A stretch of DNA of 64,000 nt from positions 2,852,001-2,916,000 of the forward strand of contig OZ218955.1 of the NCBI GenBank assembly GCA_965112735.1. The letters run 5' to 3'. This DNA comes from Phaeosaccion multiseriatum (lineage: Eukaryota; Protista; Ochrophyta, other classes). The stretch's first letter is position 1, and every line of letters begins with the position of its first letter. Positions 1-10,027 of the stretch are shown piece after piece. The position numbers and the translations under genes are program-made. Below the pieces are notes generated by a model that saw nothing but the letters and a program-made list of their open reading frames with translations, searched no databases and was not told the origin of the DNA.

Positions 1-658
1 AGCGGAGGGGGCAAGAAGGGGCAGCACGAGCAAGAGCAACAGCAGTAGGGGCCGCCTCGCCTACTTCATCGGGGAAGGCGTGCACGGCTGCTTCAAGGAC
101 AAGCTCCTCTGCGGGGTCAAGTTCGAGCCCTTTCCCCTGGCGGTAGTGCGACGGTTCGAGCCCAAGACCGAGCCCCGACCCCAAGAAGGGCAAAGGACAA
201 CACAGACCATTGATGACGACGGAAATAGATGCATTTTCCACTTCGACCAACATCACCATGACGAGAAGCGAGACAAAGAGAAGGAGAAGGAGCAGGAGTT
301 TGGCCTGGTGGAGAAGGAGAAGGAGGAGAAAGAGGAGAAGGAGGAGAAGGAGGAGAAGGAGGTGGAGGAGGAGAAGAAGAAGAAGAAGGAGGAGGAGGAG
401 GAGGAGGAGGAGGAGGAGGAGGAGGAGGAGGAGGAGGAGGAGGAGGAGAAGGAGAAGGAGGAGGAGGAGAAGGAGGAGTGCCTGGTCATCGGTCCAGCAG
501 AGGACGTCGTGGCTGAGCTGGGGCCCGGTGTGCTGCCTTGCATGGTGGCGGGCGATTGGCTGTACTTTCTAAGGATGGGGGCGTACACGACCTCCATCGC
601 CTCTGTGCAGGAGTCCAACGCGTGTAGGAACGAGCGGTGCTATGTATTGAGCGCGTGA
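1..658 (+). CDS. C-terminal part of an ornithine decarboxylase-like (group IV PLP decarboxylase / antizyme-inhibitor-like) protein, 5' truncated by the window
   Basis: Frame is open from nt 2. YFIGEGVHGCF, LVIGPAEDVV and GDWLYFLRMGAYTTSIAS correspond to the ODC motifs YYVNDGVYGSF, IWGPTCDGLD and GDWMLFENMGAYT. There is a long acidic (GAG)n insert. Stop TGA at 656-658. Confidence 0.75.
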   Translation, partial: AEGARRGSTSKSNSSRGRLAYFIGEGVHGCFKDKLLCGVKFEPFPLAVVRRFEPKTEPRPQEGQRTTQTIDDDGNRCIFHFDQHHHDEKRDKEKEKEQEFGLVEKEKEEKEEKEEKEEKEVEEEKKKKKEEEEEEEEEEEEEEEEEEEEKEKEEEEKEECLVIGPAEDVVAELGPGVLPCMVAGDWLYFLRMGAYTTSIASVQESNACRNERCYVLSA

Positions 659-667
659 GTACGTGAG

Positions 668-1295
668 GGCATACAGCAGTTGGTCATACAGCCCCACGCT
701 TGTACGGGCCACACTGCAGTTGGTTATACAGCCCCACGCTTGTACAGCCACACAGCAGTTGGTCATACAGCCACAGCAGTTGGTCATACAGCCACACAGC
801 AGTTGGTCATGCAGCCTCACGCTTGTACAGGCCACACAGCAGTTGGTCATACAGCCCCACGCTTGTACAGCCACACAGCAGTTGGTCATACAGCCACAGC
901 AGTTGGTCATACAGCCACACAGCAGTTGGTCATGCAGCCTCACGCTTGTACAGGCCACACAGCAGTTGGTCATACAGCCCCACCCTTGTACAGGCCACAC
1001 CGCAGTTGGTCATACAGCCCCACCACGCTTGTACAGGCCACACAGCAGTTGGTTATCCAGCCCCACGCCTGTACAGGCCACACTGCAGTTGGTCATACAG
1101 CCCCACGCCTGTACAGGCCACACAGCAGTTGGTCATACAGCCCCACGCTTGTACAGGCCACACCGCAGTTGGTCATACAGCCCCACGCTTGTACAGGCCA
1201 CACCGCAGTTGGTCATACAGCCTCACGCTTGTACAGGCCACACAGCAGTTGGTCATACAGCCCCACGCTTGTACAGGCCACACCGCAGTTGGTTT
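668..1295. repeat. ~40-bp tandem minisatellite (GGCCACACAGCAGTTGGTCATACAGCCCCACGCTTGTACA) with shorter 21-23-bp subunits, ~18 copies of the CAGTTGGT(C/T)AT core
   Basis: Directly visible head-to-tail repeats starting just after the ODC-like stop codon. Confidence 0.95.
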
Positions 1296-1591
1296 CTCCA
1301 GCCACAGCCAAGGAGGACAAGGAGGGCTGAGGGGAGAGAGACGCCCGCGAGAAGGACGAGATACACGCAGGAGAGAAGGCACACACTTTGCCCCTGACAT
1401 AAATTACTCTTAATTCTATTTTTTTAGTAAAAAATTAAAAAATGTATAATTAAAGGTATTCAAGGGGGGGTTTCCCCCTTAAACTTATTACTGAGTCACA
1501 AATGGCGGTGCAGTGCGTGTGACCCAGCTGGGCCCCCGTCGTATTGAGTACAATACCGGTCGTAAGTACGCGCGCTTAACCACCTTCTCTG

Positions 1592-1632
<41 letters not shown>

Positions 1633-1945
1633 CGAACGTCAATCCTCCGCGCAGTCCCCCACACGTTTACTGTACGCCGTCCCCAGTTTATCAGGCCACC
1701 TCTTACACCCTACGCCATACGCACTCTCCTCCTCTTCCTCGCTCCTCCCTCGCCTCTCTCTCTCCCCTACTCTCTCTCTCTCCACCCTCGCCCCCCCCCC
1801 CTCTCTCTCTACGCGCGTGCCTCCTCCTCCTCCTCTCTCTACACGTTCGTCTCCTCCTCCTGCTCTCTCCACGCGCTCGCCTTCTCTTTCTCTTTCTCTT
1901 CGCGCTACGCTCGCTTCCTTTCGCTCCCTCTCCCTCTCCCTCTCT

Positions 1946-2476
1946 CTAGGCGGTCGCCTCCTTCACCTCTCCCTCCTTTGCCTCCCCCTCATTCCCGCCA
2001 CCACTCGCGCCCTCGTCCTTCTGAAACCTCGAGGCGATGTTGCCGATGAGCTGAAACAGCTTGTAGCGCAGGCTAGGCTTGTAGGGCTGGGCCTCGGGGA
2101 AAGGCAGCGGCTTTCCGATGGCGTACATCATGCCAAAGGCCGCCCCCATGCCCCCTGTGTTGCCGAGGTTACGATCCATCACGTAGCCCACTGGAGAGGT
2201 GGAGGTGGGGGAGGAGTGTGGGGTGGGGTAGAGCGGGATGGGGTGGGATGGGATAGGAGGGGTATGGAGGAGAGGGTATTGGCAGCATTCACAGGTTGGC
2301 ACATCAGCGATGCAAAGTCAGTGTGGGGCGACTTTAAATGAAGGAAGTGAGGGAAGGAAAGGCACAACGAGAGGTAGGCCCTCATGCACTGACGCCTGCA
2401 TGTTCGTACTCACATGTCGTCTCTGTCACCAGCCCGTCCTCGTTGAACACCAGAGAGCACGACTGTGGGGCACATC

Positions 2477-2508
<32 letters not shown>

Positions 2509-4228
2509 TGGTGATACAGAGTCGGCAGCTGGGGATAGAGCGGGGATGGAAGGGAAGGGCGAGTGCACGGCAGCGCGAGCGCACGGGGGGGGGGATCCCT
2601 TCGCAAGGGGGGACAAGCCTCACCTCTCACGAGCGGCAACACACTTCTTCTCGCCTTCTCTCCCTCTCCCTCTCTCTTTCGTTCTTCTGTCCTGCTTTCT
2701 CCTCTCTCTCTCTTGTCTGCCTCTTTTATCTCTTCTGTCTCTCTCTGATTCTCTCTCTATCCCCCTCCCCCGCTCGCTCTACCTCACGCACACGCACGCA
2801 CGCACGCACGCACGCACCTGCGGAGGCCACTCGACCTTCTTGTTGGTGGCCTTAACCCCAAGCCCGGGCAGGTCCCCTGAAACGAAACAGAGGGGCGAGG
2901 TGCGAGGAGCGGCGGGCGAGATACACCCGGGGGGAGGGGGGGAAGCACGCCGTGAGCATCGGGTCACCAGGTCACGGCGCCATCAGGTATCGGGTAGTCG
3001 GGCAGTCGGGTAGTCGGGTAGTCGGGTAGTCGGGTAGGCAGCAGCAGGGCGTGGGCCCTCCCCTCCTTGGTGCGCTGCCATGGTAGAAGCTTGGTAGCTT
3101 AGTCTCGCCCCACTCACTCTCTCACCTGTGTTTGTGCCGGTGCCTTGCCCCGTGTACCACACTCGATTGGCTTGGAAAGGGTCAATACGGAAATGATGGA
3201 GGCGCTCATTTAGGTCGGGGAAGCCGGTCTTGAAGTCGAAGTTCTTGACGGCCTTCACGTATTCGGCCTTACCCAAGGGGCCTTAGTTTGTGGCAAAGGG
3301 CATGAGGGTGTGAGGGGGAGAGGAGGGAGGGAGGGGGAGGGAAGGAGGGAGGGAGAGAGGGAGGGAGGAGAGGTGGAAGGGGGGAGGGAGGGGATGGGGG
3401 AGGACGAGTGTGAGGATGGACTCTCGTACCTACACCACCGTCTTGCAAGCAGAGTGAGGGATGAATGAGTTGACTCAGTCTTGATGCCCGAGAATACCGA
3501 CAGAAGGGAAGGGAGGGGGAATGGCGGACGGTCGGACGGACAAACGGAGGGCGGGAGGGAGGGAGGCTGTGCCGCTGAACAGAGACTAGAGGGCCCCCTA
3601 CGTACCGACAATGGGGGCATTGAATTTGAAGTCGTCGGCCATGTATTGTTCATTGTCCTCCGCCACTAGGTATCTCTTCGCCAGCAAAATCAGCTCCTCT
3701 ACGGATGCAGTGAATGAGGGAGTAAGTGAGTGAGTACTGAGTGAGTGAGGGGGAGAAGGGGTGAGAGAGGGAGTGAGTGAGTGTAGAGGGCTACGCACCT
3801 GGAGGGATGGGGAAGGTGAAGGCTTTCTCGCAGGCCTCTTCATCCACAATGATCTTGGAGTTCTTGATGAGGGCAATATCGGCTTCGCTGATGCGTGCAC
3901 TGTTGAAGGGGGACAGGAAATGCAAATGAAGGCAGGGACAGGGAAATGGGATCTTCCACTGCTTTCCCCCCAGCCAAAGTCCAGACAAAAATATCATGAG
4001 CCATCGTAAACTTCCACTTCTTCATCCCAGCCATCCAAAGCGCTCCTGACGTTGGAACTCATCTAATATATTACACCCGTAAGGAACGTCTCTCTCCGAC
4101 CTGCTCAGTGACGTGGCCGGTCTTGTCAAGCTCATTGCTGATTTGGGGGCGCCAAGAACGAAGGCGTGGCTGCAACCGAAGCAGAGCAACAGTATAGCAC
4201 TACAGAGCACCACAGCACTCACACGCAT
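1946..4228 (-). CDS. Plastid-targeted NTF2/SnoaL-like conserved algal protein, 7 exons (approx. 4228-4101, 3899-3799, 3698-3606, 3281-3126, 2876-2818, 2463-2415, 2190-1946)
   Basis: Signal peptide ...CFGCSHA-FVLG followed by an S/T/R-rich transit peptide. Phase-consistent GT-AG splicing gives MADDFKFNAPIVGPLGKAEYV...FPDL...FRIDPFQANRVWYT...GYVMDRNLGNTGGMGAAFGMMYAIGKPLPFPEAQPY, an NTF2-like pattern. Confidence 0.75.
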
Positions 4229-4330
4229 CCTCTTTGTAAGAGTTTTTTGTTTTTTCTTTTGCTAAGCCAGCCTGGAATCCGGGGGAACGGGGGGGTGATT
4301 CAAAGTCGCCAGTTGTAGGGAAAAAAAATA

Positions 4331-4416
4331 AGCCAATGACCGGGCCTTTTCTCAAGACACATCCCGACCCTATGATGGGGCGCGCGGGTGGTCCGTCATT
4401 CAGAGGCGTCTTGGCT
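4331..4416 (-). promoter_or_regulatory. Candidate SECIS element (form 2-like) in the 3'UTR of the deiodinase-like gene
   Basis: Minus strand reads AGCCAA-GAC-GCCT CTGA ATGA C GGACCACCCG CGC GCCC CATCATA GGGT CGGGATGTGTCT T GA G AAA AGGC CCG GTC A TTGGCT. This gives a lower helix (AGCCAA/TTGGCT, GAC/GTC, GCCT/AGGC), an AUGA..GA core, a ~10-bp helix II with two bulges and an apical mini-stem. It lies ~150-240 nt after the TAA. Folded by eye only. Confidence 0.55.
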
Positions 4417-4568
4417 CCTTCTTCTTTCCTTCCTGTTCCCTTCTTGCTCCCTGGTCCTTCGTCAAATTGTCTGTTCACCCACCTCCCCCTCCTCCCCATT
4501 CTCCATATGTACCCTACATACACCCCGTACCCAACCCAACCCACTCCCCACCACTACCACCCACCACT

Positions 4569-5382
4569 TTATGCACTGCGTCGTTGTCCCTGCTCCTGCC
4601 CCCCCTCCCCTTCCTCCTCCCCCTCCACCCCATCCTCCTCCTCCTCCTCCTCCTCCTCCTCCTCCTCCTCCTCCTCCTCCTTCTTCTTCGCCTGTTCGGC
4701 CTTGGCCCCTGCCCGCTGCAGCTTCTCTGCAGTGTGGTACTTGAGCTCTTCCTCCTCTGCCAGCTGCACCTCCTTGGCGATGTGAAACTTAAGTGTCTCG
4801 AGGTCGTACGTGGCATCCTGAGGGTTGGCCTTGAATTTCACCTTGCCCCCCCGCACGATGTAGAAGCGCAGCGGCCAAGGGGAGTACGCAGAGCAAAAGG
4901 CGTTCAAGGGGGGCGTGTCCACCACCATCTTCATCTGCCAAGACGCTGCTGCGCTTGTATCACCAATTGCTGCTGCTGCTGGCCGGGGTCCCCCAGCATA
5001 CTGCTCATTCCCCTCTCCCTGGTCCTTCTGTCCACCCCCCTGCCCTCCGTGCAGCGCTGCCCCCTGCTCCTCCCCCAGCGCCTCCCCCTGCTCCTCCTCC
5101 TCCACGTCCCCGTCGAACATGCCCTGCCACTCATCTTGGTCGAGCACACGAAGGCTAAAGTCTCGAATAAAGTCCCTGGCAAGCTTCGCTCTCTTCTCTG
5201 CCGTCTTGGGTTGCATCAAACACACCGCCTTCCCCCCGGGTGCATACCTCCCTGAGTTGATGGGCCACTCGTCCGTCGCATGCGCCTCTTCAATGTACAC
5301 GCAGAGCCAACCCACTGAGCCCTTGCGGAAGTCCTCTGCCATGCGTTGCACCTGTCGATCGGTAGGAGTCGGTGTGGTCAGA

Positions 5383-5427
<45 letters not shown>

Positions 5428-6577
5428 GAGAAGGGCAGTCATATGCGACGACTTGGAGGAGGAGGGGAGTGTACGACCAACAGCAAGCGCAGGACTACTC
5501 GAAAGGCAGAGAGGGGGTTGTCACCGGCCTTTCACCTACCTGCGGCACGATGGCTCTAAACGGGGGTCAGCTGTAACTCCCCGCCATGAGCACAACCGGG
5601 GTGTGCCTCCCCAACTCCTCTGCCGCTGCACTGTCGACACACGCACCACCACGAGGAGCAGCGGCAGCTGCAGCAGCGGCAGCCACGGCGGCAAGCTCGC
5701 CATGAAGGGTGGTGGAGGCCCCATTGAGCTTCATCAGTGGTACATCAGGGGCGTTGGAGCCGGCCTCCAATCGGCCGTGTTCGGCGCGGTTGTGCTTTAC
5801 CCAAAAGCAGATCTCTGCGGTGTTACGGCAGGGGGATAGGGGATGGGAGGGAGATGGGACGAGAGACGAGAGACAAGGGGCATCAAGGGCAAGATAAGAA
5901 GAGTTGAGGGGCGGGTGTGAGTATATCAGGATGTGTTTAATCGGTGAGCGGTGAGATGGTAAAATGAGGGAAGAGAGGTATCGCGTCAGGCGTAAGTATC
6001 AGTATGAGGTCGCCTTTAATCGGTGCTGGATAGATATATCCCCAAATCTTCAAATCGCTTCGCCTCTTCTTGTATTCGTGTGTCTGTCTGTCTGCCTGCT
6101 TGCCCCTCTATGGTACTGGGTGCCCACTTACCCGGGTGTCTGCCTGCCGCGTCTCTGAGCAGCCCCAAAAATTCTTCCGATGGATCTATCCTCCTCTCCC
6201 TGAGAAGCCTCTTCTGCACCTCCTCAGTCACCTCGATCCAGTCCGTCGCGCCGCTTCTCTCCGCCGTCTGAGGGAAGGAGGACAGAGGAGGAGGATAGCA
6301 CCAGGTCAAGTGCGGTCCAACATCTATTGATTAAAATAAAAGGAGAGGTGTGTAGCTAGAGGGCTACTCCTACAGAGATCCTCTCATTGAGCCGCTGGAC
6401 CTCCAATATCCCTTTCCCCCCTCTGTTGCTTGTTGAACCATCATCAGCATCGGGCCCCGGCCTGATGGTCCGTGCTTCCTCGCGACGTACCTCCGTCTGG
6501 GCCGTGTACTCCGGGCTCATTCTGATCCTTGCCTCCTCCTTGAGGATGCCCACAAGGAACTCCTCCAGCATCGCCAT
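4569..6577 (-). CDS. Iodothyronine deiodinase-like (thioredoxin-fold) selenoprotein, 4 exons: 6577-6491, 6267-6132, 5814-5540, 5351-4569; in-frame TGA (Sec) at 5569-5567; ~426 aa
   Basis: Spliced protein contains APDVPL...PVVLMAGSYS-TGA-PPFRAIVPQVQRMAEDF...LCVYIEEAHATDEW...QPKTAEKRAKLA...MVVDT..NAFCSAYSPWPLRFYIVRGGKV. These match the deiodinase motifs PLVLNFGSCTUPPF, IYIEEAHPSDGW and VVDT..N...YAALPERLY. All three introns are GT-AG and phase-consistent. Confidence 0.88.
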
Positions 6578-6761
6578 TATTTGATCGCCCTCTGGCGCCT
6601 TTGGCCTGAGAGCCCGACTCTGTGAGAAACCACAACGACTGGACGACCAACACGCTCAAGCCTTTTTTTTTTTCTCCTTTTTCTCAAAGCCAAGTCTCAT
6701 TCACTCCCCTCCTCCCTTTAACGACCGACCAAAGAAGAGCTACGACGCGCAGGGTGAAGAC

Positions 6762-7802
6762 ATGAAGAGAGTGTGTCTCCTCGTTGGGGCTGGGGTGGCT
6801 TTTGTTGGCCCATCCACTGCGTTTGTGCACGTGCAGCCCCACACATGCATGCAGGCCGAAGGGCGGTCTCTCAGGAGCAGCGGCGGTAGCAGCAGCAGCA
6901 GCAGCACTGCCATTCCCCTGCCGAGGAGGAGATGCGACCTCAGCATGTCCTTGGAGGTAAGGCACGGGGCAAGAGCCGATGGCTGGGCCTTTTGCAATCG
7001 CTGTAGCAGTTGTTGAAGTGTTTAGTCTCAAATGTTGTGTGCCGCGCTCCTGCTCGTCCTCCTCGTAACGTATAGCAAAACGGCGTTTCTAGAAGAGAAC
7101 TCCTAGACCGATTGGCACAAGGTTCGTCCGCAGCGGTAGCGGTGGCGGTCGCCGCAACGGCCATGGGTTCTCCCCAGCAAGCGTGGGCGGCAAAGGGAGA
7201 AGAGGTGGAGGTTGTGTGGGATGATGAGTTTAAGGCAGTGAAGGCGGATTTTGACTCGTGGTACGGCGACCTCGAGGCTGCCGTGAAGGCAGAGGACTGG
7301 GACAAGACCAAGTCCTTGACTCAGACGCTGGACCAGAGCTTCCGGAAACGGGTAAGGCCGCACACGACTTGTGGGAGAAAGAGAGTATGTGAGAGGGGGG
7401 GTTGAAGGATGGGTGCCGTCGGTTTCGGTCAATAATCTGAAACGCAAGAGGGGAAGAGAAAGCGCTGGCACCCGCACACACATTTTTCTTCCTCTCTCTC
7501 ACATACACACATACACACACGTGCACACGCTTGCATTGTCCGTCTCTCTCTTGCTATCATCTCAGGTGATGGGTGGCACGAGGAGGAAGTTCCCTTCGTC
7601 GGCTAAGGCCCTCAAGGAGGAGGGGCTGAGCTTGTGCAACGCCGTCACCTTCGACCTCATCGCCACCAGCAAGGCCGCGAGGGCCAAGGACGGAGCCGGG
7701 GCCCTCAAGGTTCTGCAGCTGCTCACGGATGACGTCAACTCATTCCTCAAGCTCCAGAGCCAGCTGCCAGCCACCTCAATGGCGACTATCAAGACCAAGT
7801 AG
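6762..7802 (+). CDS. Thylakoid lumen protein (PsbQ-like helical bundle, tentative), 3 exons 6762-6956, 7076-7351, 7566-7802
   Basis: Tripartite presequence: signal peptide GPSTA-FVHV, S/R-rich transit peptide, Tat motif SRRELL + hydrophobic stretch + AWA cleavage site. The mature region is short and amphipathic-helical. Phase-0 GT-AG introns. Confidence 0.7.
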
Positions 7803-8843
7803 GGATATCAAGCTCAAGAAAAGAAGAGTGAAGAGTCGGTAGGTTGGGAGGGAAGTGGAGAAAGGAGAGGAGGGGGGGGGGGGGGTGAAAGGGGTCTGCT
7901 GGCTCGGCGGTATGACGCTCCTCCACGTACTGATTGATTGATTGATTGACTGATTCTCGTGGTTGTGGTTGTGTGGAGAAGTAAAGTAGTCTAAGTAAGT
8001 AGGAGGAGGAGTAGGAGGAGGGATAGAGGACGGCGGGGAAAGAAAGGCCAAACACACCAACAAGACACAGGGGACCAGCTAGGATAGGCGTGGCAAACGA
8101 GTGCGATCCATCACACACGTCAAAGCAGCTACTGAGTGATGAAGGAAGACCCAACACGCACCCACAAGTGCGCACGTGTCAGTTACACGGGAGGTTATGT
8201 CGTACGTTCGTCCCCATCACACACATAGGAGGCAGATGAAAAAAGAGAAACTTTATCAGAGCAAGGGCTTTTTCAGTAACCTTCACATCAAAATCAGTCC
8301 AGCCAACTCGCGGGAGGGGGGGGGGGGTCCGGAAGTCCTTTCATCATGTGTATTCTTTAATTTTAAAATGATAAAGAGCGAACATAGTAAAAAGTGAAGA
8401 GAATTAAGGAGGGAGAGGTTAGACGGGAAATTCATCAAATATACCCCCCCCCCCTCAGGTAGGGGTCGCGGGTATGGTCTGCTCCGCCACCTGGGCATCC
8501 AACCGCTGCACGGAGAGCTGAACAACGACAAGCAGTAAAGCAAAGGGAGGGAGGGAGGGAGGGAGGGAGGGGGGGAGGCGAGCACGTAAGCAAGAGTAGC
8601 AATAGCAGGGAGCTCCGCTGTCTCAGCAGAGGAGAGACTAAGCTCTGCGGTTGAGCGCTGAACTGTTGAGCTGACCCTCTGTGTGTGTGGACGGGTGTAA
8701 GGCCGGCCCTTAGGAGGACTGGTTCGAGCCATCCACCTCTACAGTGCAGTGCCTGCCCCAGACCGCCCCTGTATACCCCTCCTCCCACAAACACGCACGC
8801 ACGCACGCACGCACTCACGCACATACGCACGGCACGCACGCAC

Positions 8844-10027
8844 CTGCACTTGCTTGAGGTGTTGCCTATGCTGCTCCACCTCCTGTTCCAGTGAGTGCGC
8901 CGAGGGAGGTGCCGCCTTAACCGCCTTTCGCATATTCTCCAACTTCCGCAGCTGCCGGTCCAGCCCCTCCGTCTCCAGCTTCTGCTGATACGCGACAGCT
9001 GCAGTCTCCCCCAACATATCATGTGCCATAAAGCTGCCTGGTCCTGACCCCGACCCTGCCCCTCTCCCTGCCCTTGACCCTGGCCCTGACCCTGACCCTG
9101 GCACTGCTCCGCCTCCTCCTCCCGAGGGCCGCCCCCCAAGCGTCACCTCACCACCGCCTGGAGGGGGCGCTGTGGCGGGATCGGACATGCTTTGCACATA
9201 GGCTGCCATTTTCCGCCTCGCCTTGACGAGACTGTCCACCTCTCCCTGCACCCCCGAGTGAATGGCGAGGATCTTGTAAAAGTATTGGATGGACAGCTGC
9301 TCCTTTTCGCTACATGCCGGTGGAATGAAAGGCGCCGTAGCTTCTCGGTGGTTTCTACGCCTCTGCTGCAGGGGGGTCAACTCTATCTTGTTGCTCTGTT
9401 GCTTTCCACTTTGTATTCGCCCCTGCTCCGTCTTCCCACCCTCCCTGCTTCCTTCCCCACCTATGCTGTCTACCAGCCCTCCTTCGCCACCACCACCGCC
9501 GCCCTCCTCAGCTCTATCTGTTGCGAGGATGTTGTGGGCCATCTTGTACGTCAATACGTCCTCAGGGAACTCCGCCACCAGCGCGGCTTCGATGACCCAG
9601 TCCTTCGATCGTCGTCCATCATGCGAGGGGGGTGTTTTGGAAAGAAAGCACAGCATGGGGTGTGGGTTGTTGAAGCATTGCATGAGCTAAGTGAAGATGG
9701 CGCAGGTGGAGGAGGGAGGGGTGTACCAGTTGTGGGGATGGGGGGGGGGGGCTTGTAGAGAACAGGGTGGGGGGGGGGGGTTGCGGAGATTATGCATGTG
9801 ATTGCTACTTTGCCCGCGTGTGAGTCGTGACAGCGACCTTCGCCCTCTTCCCCCCTCACCTCATCTCCAGTGCCGCCTCCTTCTGGCACCCACTGGACGA
9901 GGTACTCTCGCTCGTCCTCCTCGTGTCGCCGGCTGTCTATGATCCGTCCTCGCAAGCACTCTCCGGCATCAAACAGGTCCCCGTGTTTGGGAGGAGGGGG
10001 AGCTTGGGGGGACGAGTGAGTCTCCAT
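8844..10027 (-). CDS. Hypothetical protein with an N-terminal chromodomain-like segment and C-terminal coiled coil; exons 10027-9860, 9602-8844; last exon unresolved
   Basis: RIIDSRRHEEDEREYLVQWVPEG...DEDWVIEAALVAEF resembles the chromo pattern (I.D.R..EYLVKW...W..E..L). Donors GTGAGG and GTGCGT; the acceptor is tentative (AAG). Confidence 0.45.

Noticed and set aside
668-1295. CRISPR-like array or repeat-protein ORFs
   Set aside because: Sequences between the cores are near-identical rather than unique spacers, there are no cas genes, the context is eukaryotic, and several frames are open only because of the repeat.
1460-1500. Helitron 3' end (hairpin + CTRR)
   Set aside because: The CTGA is not followed by T and no 5' TC end or second copy is visible; kept only as an unexplained AT-rich hairpin.
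5567-5569. Treating the TGA as a true stop or pseudogene lesion
   Set aside because: It falls exactly on the family's Sec position, the frame and motifs are intact downstream, and a SECIS-like hairpin follows.
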